Assembly (NCBI RefSeq): GCF_037042905.1
Contig: NC_087263.1
Coordinates: 13,890,001-13,954,000, forward strand
DNA: 64,000 nt
Reading direction: 5' to 3'
Source of the DNA: Lytechinus pictus
Lineage: Eukaryota
The translations under genes were made by a program, and so were the position numbers. The notes beneath the pieces are model-generated. The model was not told the DNA's origin. It ran no database searches and saw only the letters and a program-made list of their open reading frames with translations. Shown here piece by piece: positions 1 through 12,095 of this stretch (positions within the stretch are counted from its first letter, which is position 1; each line of letters starts with the position of its first letter).

Positions 1-747
1 CAGTACATCTGCAGCCGAGACACGGTCCAAGCGTGGACCTACTTGAGGTACATGGTCCCAGTAAGGTAATGCTAGACCAAGATTTCTGCCAGATGACATG
101 AAGCAGGAGCATCACAGCCTGTTCACAGAGACAGCCTCTGCATCGAGGCTATTGGTCAATACCGGTCAGCTGACTCAGCTGCTAGTCTATTACGAGGTCA
201 CTTCATGCAGTAGTCACCTCTCCATACAATTTCCAGTTGACACTTTATTTCTTTCGCCTCCAAAAACCATCGGTCAATCCGAAAAGACTACCGGTCAATA
301 GCATCTTTTATACACCGATTTGGTAGAGTTTGGTACTCAATATGGAGCAATCATAAATTTTCAGGATTTTTGGTAAGAGCAACAATAGATGGAAGGTGAA
401 AGCCTTTCTCCAGTTGACATCTATATTTCTTTCTTTCGTCATTTCATTTAAATAGAGAATGACCCCCCAGTCAGAGCGTCTATTATACATGTACATTGGT
501 TTGACTGCATTCGGTACTCAATACAGGGCAATCAGAGACAATCAAGATTTTTGGTAAGAGCAAAGGCTATGAAAGGCTAGAACGTTTCTCCAGTTGATAC
601 CTATAATTCTTCACGAACAAAGAACCATCAGTCCAATTAGAGAGAGATCACCGGTCAATAGCATCTTATATACACAGCGCAATGTTCCATGGAAGGTTTA
701 CGGTCAAATTAAAGCAGCAGCAACATCACCGAAGCGATGGGATGGTA

Positions 748-850
748 TTAGCTGTGTTGCGTGGACATGATCATGGCACGTTTAAGCTGCTCGTAGCATA
801 CAAACATCACAATGTTCCAGGAGCCCAGTCGCAAAAACTGTGGCGTGAAT
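748..850 (-). CDS. UCP2: UCP2/3-like, last coding exon ([33 protein letters not shown])
   Basis: tttccag acceptor at 851-2, the UCP C-terminal motif [20 protein letters not shown], and TAA at 750-748. The spliced CDS totals 966 nt (321 aa). Confidence 0.95.
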
Positions 851-1820
851 CTGGAAAGACAAAAAAAGAGGACAATTTGTTGAATAAGACAGGACACTTT
901 GTTTTCACAGAATAATTAATGATTACAACTATAACAATAATAGTAATAATAATATTGGGGTTATAATATGCTGGGCTACCAGTTCCGGTGCTCACAGCTT
1001 CTTACAAAGGAATAACTTCCTGTCGGTTCCCCATTTACCTCACCTCGGTTGGCTCACTGGAGAATGAGTACACATGTGGGAGCTTGAGTGTATATTGAAC
1101 AAAATAATAAAGTGACAGGCCAAGTGGAAACTGGAAATCGGCCAAAGTAGACAAGAGCTTATTGGCAATGACACCAAATGGTTAATAGCCAAAGCGGTTG
1201 CAGACCTTGCGGGATGACAGTAAATGGAAAGTAGACCAAGTGGGTGCAGCCCAAGTGGCAATTAATTGAATTTAATTTACCAAATAGCTAGTAGACGAAC
1301 TAGGATTAAACCATGTGGGTCGAGACCAAATGGAAAGTAGACAAAGTGGGTGTGGACCAAGTGGCTATTAATTCAATTGAATTTACCAAATAGCTAGTAG
1401 ACGAACTAGGATTAGACCATGTGAGATGAGAGATCAAATGGAAAGTAGACAAAGTGGGTGTAGCCCAAGTGGCAATTACTTCAACTGAATTTACCAAATG
1501 GCTTATAGACGAACTAGGATTAGACCATGTGAGATGAGAGATCAAATGGAAAGTAGACCAAGTGGGTGCAGCCCAAGTGGCAATTAATTCAATTAAATTT
1601 ACCAAATGGCTAGTAGACGAACTAGGATTAGACCATGTGGGATGAGACCAAATGGAAAGTAGACCAAGTGGGTATAGACCAAGTGGCAATTAATTCAATT
1701 GAATTTACCAAATGGCTAGTAGACGAACTCGGATTAGACCATGTGGGTCGAGACCAAATGGAAAGTAGGCAAAGTGGGTGTAGCCCAAGTGGCAATTAAT
1801 TCAACTGAATTTACCAAATG

Positions 1821-3381
1821 CAGAGCTGCCAACCACACTTGACCAAAAATCCTATTATTTCACCCCAAAAATCCTATTTTCAGGCAAAAAATCCTATTCA
1901 TACCCGTCGTGTACTTTCCTACTATACATCTCATTATTTTGTTGTGCTCACTGTAATTTTTACATCCGACAGGCAAGGTTCCACATTAACTTTTTTGGTG
2001 GTGGCCCGTTTGGTGGTTTTGGTGGTGGCCCGTTCGGGCCACCAAAACCTTCAAATTATTTTTGTTGGTGGCCCAATATTAAAGTTTGGTGGCCCCACCA
2101 AAACAGAACAGGAAAAAAAGTAAAAAAGTAAAAAAGAAAAATTAAAGAAAAAAAAGAAACAAAAGACAATTTAAAAAAAATTAATAAAACAAATAAATAA
2201 AAATGGTGAAGGGGGAAAAAATGAGAAGCCATTACAAATATTTTTTAACAGCTGTACGTAGCAACAGTTTAAGCCAATTGAGCAAATAATTTTCACTCAC
2301 CTTTTGGGGATGACGCATTTCTATTTTTATAACCTTAATTTCGTTTGTATTATTATTTTTTTAGTAGAAACATATTCTTTAATCAGGCATATTCAATGGG
2401 AAGGGGTATATGGTTTAACCACTGTCAAAAAAAAAAAAAAAAAATAAGAAAACTGTAAAAGTTATATCTGGAAAAAAGGTGTGAGAAAAGTCCTTTACTT
2501 TGTTTGCCAAAATGTTTGAAAAATTCACATTTCATATCAATGAAATGCCTTCCCAAAGTATTTTCTTTATGAAGAGTGATTTAAGAAGTCATTTATAAAC
2601 AAAAAAGAAAGAAACTGTCTGCTTATTTTTTGCTAGAAAAGACGCAGCTTCGAAAAAAACCAAGTATCAACATACATACAAATGCACATGTGGGACTGTG
2701 ATGTACTCACCTGTGTTTTTATGTGTATTAACACATTTGGAAATCGGTCTTTTTGAGTCAAAAGAGAGGTCATAATTCCTGTTTTTAATGCTTGCAGATA
2801 ATCAGTTTACACCAGATTTGAGTAATCTGGACTGTAGAAGGGCATGTCATTGGTGTAAAATGTGACTTTGACATAGATTTTCAAAGTTCTGTGGAAGATT
2901 TCTTAGCAGCAACATTTCGTATCGTAGCTCCCCGAATCTGAATAGGCTGCTAGCGCACAGATATAGCTACATGTAGCTGCTGTGGTTTCATGCAAAGCTC
3001 ACGCCAGCCGGCCGGCAGGATAATAGCTACTGTATGCTATAGCGGTAAGGCTATGTACTGTCATGTGTGTGTGTATTTGTGTGTAGATCAACAAAAAGGG
3101 CGCATGATGAATTGGTTGCAATTTGAACTGTATAAAGTTGATAAATGCGTGAAAAATCGGAGGAAAAATTGCGCTACTTTGAAAATTATTGGTTGCCCGA
3201 TTCGGGCCACCAAAACTTAACATTTTTCATTAATGATTGCCCGAGGTGTATTTCTGTAATGTCGAGCCTTGCCATAGCTATATTTTCAAAAAATCGTATT
3301 TTATCTATAAAAATCCTAGTGTCGTATTTCAAGTGAAAAATCGTACGGAATACGACAAAATCGTACTATTTGGCAGCTCTG
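1821..3381. mobile_element. Non-autonomous TIR DNA transposon with 6-bp TSD (possibly hAT-related)
   Basis: Perfect 12-bp TIR cagagctgccaa/ttggcagctctg, flanking direct repeat caaatg, and subterminal aaaaatc(c/g)ta repeats. Confidence 0.85.
1974..3271. mobile_element. Nested hAT-like non-autonomous element
   Basis: Imperfect TIR caaggttccacatta / taatgtcgagccttg (13/15); ttcgggccaccaaaac near both ends; no intact TSD. Confidence 0.6.
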
Positions 3382-3853
3382 CAAATGGTTAATAGCCAAA
3401 GCGGTTGCAGACCTTGCGGGATGACAGTAAATGGAAAGTAGACCAAGTAGGTGCAGCCCAAGTGGCAATTAATTCAACTGAATTTACCAAATGGCTAGTA
3501 GACAAACTAGGATTAGACCTTGTGGGATGAGACCAAATGGAAAGTAGACAAAGTGGGTGTGGACCAAGTGGCCCATATCCAGTTTCACTTTTTAATAGAC
3601 CATGGTCTAACTCTGTGATAAAATTATGAAATTATTGGAAGCCAGACATGTAAAAATTTTGTTTGCATTGTATACTTCTTGTGTTTTCTGTGCTCATTCA
3701 TAATTCGTAACTGGTGAAGTCAACTGTCTTATCTATCCTTCCCAGACAGTTAAGAATGATTTAAGAGTCAGATTAGCTGATACATTTAACCTTATGTTAG
3801 AAATTTATGTCATAATTGGCTATCAATTGTTAAACTATAATTTTAGACCACCA

Positions 3854-4154
3854 GGCCCGTATTCTGAATTCAGGTTTATCTTAGACCATGGTCTAACTGT
3901 ACTAAAATTATGGGAGTCAAAAATTCCATTTATATCGTATATTTCTTATGTTTACTATTATGTTTCCTTTTGCTTTCATAATGAAGTACTTCAAAATAAT
4001 TCATCTACCATTCCCAGACAATTTGGGTGTCATATGAGATAATAAATTGGATGTGTACTGTTAGGGATTTGTGCCCCCAATTGGCTTTCCATAGTTAAAC
4101 CACAACTTTAAACCAGAGTCTAATTGAATTAAAACAGTCTTCAGAATACGGGCC
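3854..4154. mobile_element. MITE (Harbinger-like, CWG target)
   Basis: Perfect 15-bp TIR ggcccgtattctgaa/ttcagaatacgggcc. A partial older copy lies just upstream (~3590-3850). Confidence 0.75.
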
Positions 4155-4178
4155 AGTACATTTTTTCAATATTCTCAC

Positions 4179-4461
4179 CCTTTGTAAAAAGCAGTAAGAC
4201 CCTCTTTCTTGAACATCTGCGAGGCACAGTCCATGGCTCCGCGGTAATGACCCGGGCTGGAGTTCATGAATCTCGTTTTCACGACATCCACCGGGGTGGC
4301 GACGCACGTGGTGACAAACCCCGCGCCGAAAGCCGCGATAAAATGACAGGGGAACTCGTCTTTGAGTAGCCTGCGTTTCAGGATGGCCTCCTTGATGAGG
4401 TCGTAGGCCACGACTTCGCTGGCGTTGACGACGGAGTTTCGGACAATGTTGGGCATTGTTC
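4179..4461 (-). CDS. UCP2: UCP2/3-like, coding exon 4 ([25 protein letters not shown]...[12 protein letters not shown]...AFYKG)
   Basis: Lies within ORF 4175..4513 and has the third carrier motif [10 protein letters not shown]. tttcag acceptor, gtgaga donor, 283 nt, phase 1 to 2. Confidence 0.96.
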
Positions 4462-4579
4462 CTGAAAAAGCAAACAGTGTACAATTTTTAATAAAGACAT
4501 AACTCTGATCCACTTATATTTTTATGTCACTTCAATCACACCAAAACAATTTTTCAGACATATGCGTTCATAATAATAA

Positions 4580-4790
4580 TAATGATAGCTTTATATGCAC
4601 TGGCAACATTTACATGTATATACATGTAGCGCTTTATACAATATTTCTTAGCACTGCATACTATTACCCCAAATGTAGCACCGCAAGCCTGATCAGATGC
4701 CAGAGCATTCACCTTCCCACCTGGTAACCCTTTCCTACACCTGGGTCGAGAGTGTCAAATTTTTATAGATAAACAGTCTGCCGATCAAAA
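4580..4790 (-). mobile_element. Decayed SINE fragment
   Basis: (TAA)n tail, agcgcttta and cacctgggtcgagagtg resemble the SINE at 57681-57984. Confidence 0.5.
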
Positions 4791-5051
4791 GACGTGATTT
4801 GAGATGATGTGAAGTCCGTCTGCAGACTTATCCAGTGAGACTCAATACCTCACATACATGAAATACAGAAATGTAGCAATGAGCAGGACAATGACAGACA
4901 CATTTAGGGGATAAAATCGCAGAAACATAGAGGCCTTAACCCTAAAAGGACGAGGAACATGTACGAGGTCCATGAAGACAATGTTTATCTTTTTTAAATG
5001 GAACATTATCTTTTATTATGAAGGGTCATATTCCAGACAGATAAAACTAAC

Positions 5052-5264
5052 CTTTCCATAGACCTCTGACACCCTCCTCCTTGGCGATGGTCTGATAGGC
5101 GTTGATAGCACCGGTATACCTCTTGGGGGCGCCATTTAGGACCGCATTGCCCTGGGCTTGTAGGCGAATCTTGACAACGTCCGTAGGTTGGGCGCTGAGT
5201 ACGGCGCATGCTCCTGTTGTTATGCCTGCGCTTATTCTTGTAATGATGTTTACACCACCATAAT
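5052..5264 (-). CDS. UCP2: UCP2/3-like, coding exon 3 ([38 protein letters not shown]...[10 protein letters not shown])
   Basis: Lies within ORF 5047..5331 and has the second carrier motif [10 protein letters not shown]. tag acceptor, gttagt donor, phase 1 to 1. Confidence 0.95.
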
Positions 5265-7943
5265 CTACATGTACATAAAGAAAAAAAAAAGAAAATGGAT
5301 AAATGATAAAATATGTGGGAATGACACTCAATGATATAGAGAATGATATATGACGAAATGCATATTTGTCGGTGGCACGAACATGAAAAGACCTTTTGAT
5401 ATGAGAGTTGTTGAATTCTTTTAAAGGAAAATTTAAGATTTAGTTTAAATCTTCTTGTAACTTTGTACATGTGATATCACTTAACATCAACACTGTAATC
5501 ATAGTAACATACATGTAAATACAGAGTGTACATGTTCCATGTAAACTGTATATGATATAGTGGCATACATGTACATGTACATACATGTACTGTACATTGG
5601 CCGGTATGTTGTCAAGTTCCACTAATTTAATGATTTTTTTTCTTTGAGAATATGAATATATTTCTCAATTTAACAGCTGTGCAAGGTTCCTTTGAGAAAT
5701 AGATTCAAGCCATAAAATTTAATTCTTACTGTCTGAAATTTTATCACACTCGTCCCACTGGCATGCATGACAGATAAGGAAGTAGAAGTCAATATTGCCT
5801 TATGCAAATTCAGTATTACATTTCCCCCATGATCATCCACGTTATTGTCCCTTTAAAGTAACCGATAAGCTAGAAGTAAACATATTCCGTATGTAATTTC
5901 AAACTGCACTGGGTAAGAAAGTGTTAAATAAACCAATAGAAACACAACCAACGCAGGCTTCTATCAAATATTTCAAATCAATTATGAAAACATCAAAGCT
6001 CTGTGCTCTTCCGCAAGCTGTTGTTTTGATAAATAAAATCAATGAACTGTACAAGAGCGAGCCAGATGCCGTAGCCATGGTAACTGTGAAGTCATAAAGT
6101 GTAAATTAAATCAATTATTCATCAGATGCTCGATGGATGGAAAGAAAGGTTGAGGGGAAGAAAGGAGAGGAAATCCATGTGCTGTTCTGATAATTTTCAA
6201 ATCACCTGAACCTGTACGATTTTAAACAACTAACAAATCTGTTTTCTTTAGACTCCAGGGGAGAATTTCATGAAAGGACTTATCGGACGTTATATCTGAC
6301 AAGTTTAGTTTTATCCAACAGTTACCATAGGAACTGTGCTTCTCAGCCAATCAAAATCAAGGAAAGTTGTCAGATTTGACTAATTGTCGAATGAAAGTAT
6401 TAATTCCCCTGGAATCTCCGAAATAGAGGAGGGATCAGCTAAAGAGAGAGAGAGAGAGAGAGTACAGTAGCTGAGAAAGATAACAGATAGAATGATAGGT
6501 AGACAGTGGGAAAAAAAAACAATAAAAAAGTGTGGGATCAAACAAACAGATAATGAGAATGTTTTAAAAGGGAAGGAGAGATGATGAATAAAAAAAATGT
6601 AGAAAGAAAGACAGACCATGAAAAGTAAGATGAAGAATAAGAGAAAAGTGAGTGAAAAAGGGAAAGGAACAAAAGGGGAGAGCAGTTGAAATGGCATACA
6701 TGAAAGATGGACAAGATTTAAAAAAAGAAGAGTAAAAAAAAGCATAAATTGAGAAGAAGAGAAAAAGACACATGTAAGAAGATGATAAATATATTGGAAA
6801 TAAAGAGATAAAGACAGTGAGAAGCAAGACAAAAGAGCAAGACCAAGATATACAAATCAGGGAATAATTTTGCTTTACAAATTTGAATAGCATTTCTCAT
6901 CATAAGAACTCTCAACTATAAGTAATGTACAGTCCTATGTAAAAATATGCTATACAAAAGACTTAATGCATACATGTAGCAGTCTTTCAAAAATGTGGAG
7001 CAAATTGCGATGCGATGCTAGGAAAATTATTCCCTGCAAATAAAAGGGAGAGAAAAATAAATAAAGACAGGAAATGTTCAGAAGTACAGGAGAAATAAAG
7101 AGGTAGAAAAAGAAAGATAGACAGAGAAAAGCAATAAAACGAAGTGAAATCACGAGACAGTGAAGATGTCACTGATTCAGCGAAGTGACATGGTACATGT
7201 AGCTAGGTTCTACATGTACATACTGTATGCGAGGGCTGCCAGTATGCAAAACTACTCACAGGAAATCAACTGCCAGCAAATATTATATCACAGTACAATA
7301 AAGGTCACAATGGCTCAAAACATTAAAAAATGTCTACTTCAAAACGCACGTGTACATCTACTTGTATAAGTTACTTGTATATTAAGTATACCTGCATAGC
7401 CTCAATATGCCACTACATGTACATGTGTAGATAAAGGTACATGTACGTGTTGTCCAACAAATAAGGAATTTGCACATGCTTGAAAAATCTGCAGGTACAT
7501 GTACATGTATTAATTTCTATTTCACACTCGGAGTACTTAGGAATTCTAGACAATCTAGGGTATTGAAAATTTACAGGAGTCTGCTTTCTACATAAGTAAT
7601 TAATGTGCTTATCCATCCTGTATTTTTCTCTTTTTCCCCATCTCTTTCCAGGCAGTCACTTGAAAAATTATTGGCATTACCCTGCGTGTAATAATGGACA
7701 GTATTTCTTCCTCGATGACCTCCATGAAAAGTTTATTTTTTAGTTTTGAGCAACTAAATATAACTTACTGTAAGCACGATCAATAGCAAAATATTAAATA
7801 ATTATTTATACATGTACATGTATATCTTCACCCGGAAACCATAAAAGGAATGATAAAAAGGGAAGAAAGGATGACTATCCACGTGTACTATCTTTCATCA
7901 TAACTGATAATAAAAAGACATTTACATGTATATACATGCACAT

Positions 7944-8133
7944 CAGGGGTTTGAGTGGTCACAAATAAAAAGATCTGAAAAAAGCTGAAGAGTGTTGAAA
8001 AAGTCTGAAACAAAAAGAGCTCCCATACTTTTTGTACAGATGAAAGCCCAAAATAAGCTGAAATTATTAAAGCTGAAAATCAAAACATTAAAAAATCTGA
8101 AATCAGCTAAAAATCTGAACTCTCACACCCCTG
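7944..8133. mobile_element. hAT-type MITE
   Basis: TIR caggggtttgag / ctcacacccctg, perfect 8-bp TSD atgcacat, internal aaa(g/t)ctgaa repeats. Confidence 0.85.
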
Positions 8134-9029
8134 ATGCACATGTACATGTATGTAAATATCTAACATCATAGATATCATAGACATTCATGCAATACATGTA
8201 CATGTACATGTAGGATTTTTCTTATGACAACCCCACTACTATGGAACAAACTTCCCCTAACTTGATGTTGGGAATTCAACAAGTTTAGACCTTTCAATCT
8301 ACATGTAAGATTAAAAATCCTATTTATATATACAGCATCCAGGGAGCTCTTTCAGCACAATAGAATACATTGTGTATATATATACAGTACAATACAAATA
8401 CATTATAGTTAAATGTATTGTGCTAAAGCTAAATAAATATATATTATTATAAATCATATGAAAATGAAATGATTATAAACATTTCTATCAGTGCAAAAGA
8501 ATATTTGAAATCTGAAAGAAAATAATTATGGGGTTAAAAGCAGGCAAGATTATCGTAACCATGCAATATAATCCCATGCATGTTCATTTCTCAAATCCAT
8601 ACATGCACCGTTAATTTGCATGACCATACCACCTACAGATGCAGATCTACATATGTATTCTAGTGCTGGGCAATATAAATATTTCTTTATTAATATTATC
8701 AAAATTATTTATTAATAAAATATTGAATATTAAAGGTTTTATGATTATGTTGGTATATATCACGGTAACACGACATGACCAAAATACTGTCGATTATGAA
8801 AAGTTACATGTAATTACAATTTGTTGACCACAAAATGATGTTCTGTATTGGTTTAACCAACTGAGAACCATTAATACTTTCATTCCACCTTTTCTTGATC
8901 TCTAGGAATTGCAGCTCACAATGAATGTGTATATTAAATATGTATAATGAATTTTTAGACTCGGCGATATCATGTTATCAACGATATTTTGCTGGTAATA
9001 ATCAACTATTTTTTTAAATCAAATATTGA

Positions 9030-9482
9030 CCAGTATACAAATAATGAATGTTTATGAGTGCAATGGACAGAATACTTCATGAGGTGAAAGATGAAATGAT
9101 CCATTCAACGCAGGCGTAGCCGAGTTTAATGGATCATTATTTCATCTTTCACCTCATGAAGTATTCTGTCCATTGCACGAATGAAAAAACATTCATTATT
9201 TGGTTTATATGACACCCCAAAAAATGATTTTTTTTTTTCATATGAAATTCATGAATTTTGATGCAAAACATGCTCATGCAGTGCGAGTTCGGTCTGTTGA
9301 TTGTTACGTCATTACAACATGCGCACTGCTGGTGCATGAGCTGCAGTCTCGAAGCACGAGTGCAATGGACAAAATCATATGGATCCAAAATTGCACGGTT
9401 GATGACGTTATTGCAAAATGGGCGGAATGAACGATATCAAACAACCAATCAAATCACAAGGATCTATCTAGGTGTCATATAA
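9030..9482. mobile_element. Palindromic non-autonomous element, Crypton-like
   Basis: ~48-bp inverted arms (9058-9105 / 9129-9178) around a caggcgtagccgag loop. A second inverted pair is ttatatgacacc (~9205) / ggtgtcatataa (~9471). Confidence 0.6.
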
Positions 9483-10510
9483 CACTTAATATGTACTCTC
9501 AAAGAATATGTGACACCACTAAATGGAGAGACCTACATGTAAATAGCTTGTTAGCATGCAATGCAAATTCTAAACATTAGATGACCCCCGCCCATCTCTG
9601 TTCGGTAAGGATCATTTGCAGAACCACTTCACCTGCAGGTGCGGTGATATTATAAGCAGAGTTTAATAAAGCAAACTTACATTGACAAATAATGGGGAAA
9701 TCAAGGCTAATCTCACAACAGAGAAGGGATTCAAGTCTTTCACTCGGCTGCATGCCTGGGGGTGCTATGTAATATACGCCGGCATGTCTGGAGGAGAGCA
9801 ATAGTAAGTAGACGAACCAACCAGAAGTAAACTGCGTGTTTTCACTTTGAAACATAAACTTCAAAGAGGTTATTTATTTTTGTTTAGCAACCAAAAGACC
9901 TGCTAAGTGTCTAGGAATTGGGATTGTTAGAAACTTAGAACTGCGCGACCCGATTCACCGAATGAAATAACCATCATGAGTTCGGTTAAATTCGTGCTGT
10001 CCGAACTTTTATCGCATTAGTCCGACGGGCGCTAATGACGGACGGATTATATTACGCAAGTCAATTGGCCTTTTGCGAATTTCGTATTGATTAAATTTCC
10101 CAATGCTTTGTCAATTGCAGGGAACTTTAATGTCAATCAGGACTGATGACAATGCAGGAGGACATTTGTCTAATGTTCCTGGGGTGATAAAATCTTGTAT
10201 CTCAAAATGTCCAAATTTTATATATTTTCATATTGTTTTTTACCCCGGAAGACCATAGAGATGAGTTGCCAATTTGCAAACCTGACAAATTACAACCACA
10301 TCTGCTGTCAACATAAAATAAATGAAAGAAAGCAAGATAGTTGTTAAAATGCAAGGCAAAAATAATAAAATTATATTCCTCAAGAGTCAAGACCATATGA
10401 AATGAGTTGCCAATTTGCAAACCTGAGAAGTTACTGCTGTAAATGTGAATAAATAAATGAAATAAAGCGAAACAGTGTGTTAGAAGGCAAGACAAAACTA
10501 TCCCACGCAC

Positions 10511-10751
10511 CAACTTTTTGAGCACCTGCATAAAAAGCCTTGACGGAATCGTAGAGACCAATGCGGACCGAGGCGAAACACATCTGGCGCTGGAGTCCCG
10601 GGATTAGACCGTTGTAGAGTCCACGGGGTCCCTCTTGGCGGATGATGGTCCATATGGTTCCGAAGACCCCACGGTATCTGAAGTTGACGCGTGCTTCTTT
10701 GCCGATGGTGCCTTTCGATGATTTCTTGTCGGTTCCGCTCTCGCCTTGAAT
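10511..10751 (-). CDS. UCP2: UCP2/3-like, coding exon 2 (IQGESG...[55 protein letters not shown])
   Basis: ttcag acceptor at 10752-3 and the UCP signature [20 protein letters not shown]. The phase-1 donor is gtgcgt at 10510; a weaker in-phase donor gtgctc lies 15 nt earlier. Confidence 0.93.
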
Positions 10752-11145
10752 CTGAATGAGAATGGGGAAAAAAAGGAGTATATTTCGTTTTATTTTATAT
10801 CAAACAAGTAATATCAGTACAACATGATTTTGATGGCAGATCCAGATTTTCAAAACAGAGGGAGCACGAAGGAGGACACCTTACTTTAATACATGAAACT
10901 GATAATTTCTATTTCTATTTTTTTATTTTTTTTAATCTATTTTATATTCTTTTTTATTTATTTTAATTAAATCTATCTAGGTATTTCATTATTTTTTTTT
11001 AATTATTTATTATGGGTTTTTTAAGACGGAGGTGACTTGCAAATACCAAGGTAAATTGTCCTGAAACTATTAATGATATATCAGCCTGACCAATTTGGAA
11101 GGGGTTGAATATGGTAAAAGGAAAAGCCTTAAATGCTCATCTTAC

Positions 11146-11271
11146 CTGGAGGCGCACTTTAGCTGTGTCCAGTGGGAAGGTTATTACATCAGCTATGCAC
11201 CCTCCCAGCCCAGCACTGGCCAGCTTCACAGCCACGGATGGTACAATATCAGTCGGTGGTAGGCCAACCAT
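11146..11271 (-). CDS. UCP2: UCP2/3-like mitochondrial uncoupling protein, coding exon 1 ([42 protein letters not shown])
   Basis: Hand translation. It resembles the vertebrate UCP2 N-terminus and has the first carrier motif [10 protein letters not shown]. The coding part is 126 nt, followed by a gtaag donor at 11145. The exon probably begins at 11576 after a pyrimidine-rich ttttcag acceptor. Confidence 0.95.
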
Positions 11272-12095
11272 GATTGGTGGATTGGCTCAGGGAATGGGGA
11301 AATTGACCAATCACAAGCCTTGTTGGATGAATCTCAAGATAAGCTTGGCTTAGGGTGTGTTGATGATGGGCAATTTAATTGGATGAGTGGATGGGGTCGC
11401 ATGCAAGATGAAATATATTGACCAATCAGGAAATTGGCAGCATGGTAGGTGGCCAATTAATGGCAGAATTAGGAGGGATTTGATTGGTTGATCAAATAAG
11501 GGCTGAATTTCCAGACTAAAGCATTCTCTTCCAGAGAGAGTAATTATTTGTGCATAGGCAAGACAGCACTCCAACTCTGAAAAATAAAAACAGAAAATTA
11601 GAAAATCAGTTAACTTTTATCTATCAACTTTCACTCTCTCCCAAAACAAAGTAGAAAAGATACATGTATGCCAAAAAGTTATCGGATTGCTGACTAAAAA
11701 TATGAAAAAAACCATTAGCTATTGTATGTAATTATATACATTATCATAGTATGTAACACAAAATATAGGGAAGATTCTTGCATTACATTAAGGAAAATAT
11801 AAAGATTTCAAAACATCACCCTTTTGGCATCTGGACCTTAAAACAAGTCCTAAAAACCTGAAAATTTAATTTCTGCAAACCAGCACCCTTTAAAAAAAAT
11901 ATATATATTATCCATGGCAAATCGCAAAATCATATTAAAGCTAATGTAATACAAGCCCCATTTTTTTCAGATATCGTGCAATTTGACTGGCTAATAGCTA
12001 CTTTGCCATTAAGATAAATTTACATTTCACTATTTTAATTAACAAAACTACAATTAAATTCAGTCACAAATAAGTAACTTAATTTATATACTTAC

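Larger units (their letters stand above)
1175..3581. repeat. 106-108 bp tandem minisatellite (gtagaccaagtggg-rich), split by a transposon insertion at 1821-3381
   Basis: atggaaagtag recurs at 1224, 1330, 1438, 1546, 1652 and 1758, and the array resumes after 3382. Confidence 0.9.

Noticed and set aside
1306..1689. 127-aa repetitive ORF
   Set aside because: It is a translation of the 106-108 bp minisatellite inside a UCP intron.
4095..4484. 129-aa ORF overlapping UCP exon 4 (likewise 5006..5470 and 10202..10561)
   Set aside because: These are alternative frames of GC-rich UCP exons with no homology signal.
6380..7172. Hydrophobic Phe/Leu-rich ORFs
   Set aside because: They are the complement of a purine-rich low-complexity intron tract.
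11350..11574. 74-aa TTG-initiated ORF as a separate gene
   Set aside because: It has no AUG start and lies in the UCP 5' leader; splicing from 12096 creates a TAG in that frame.
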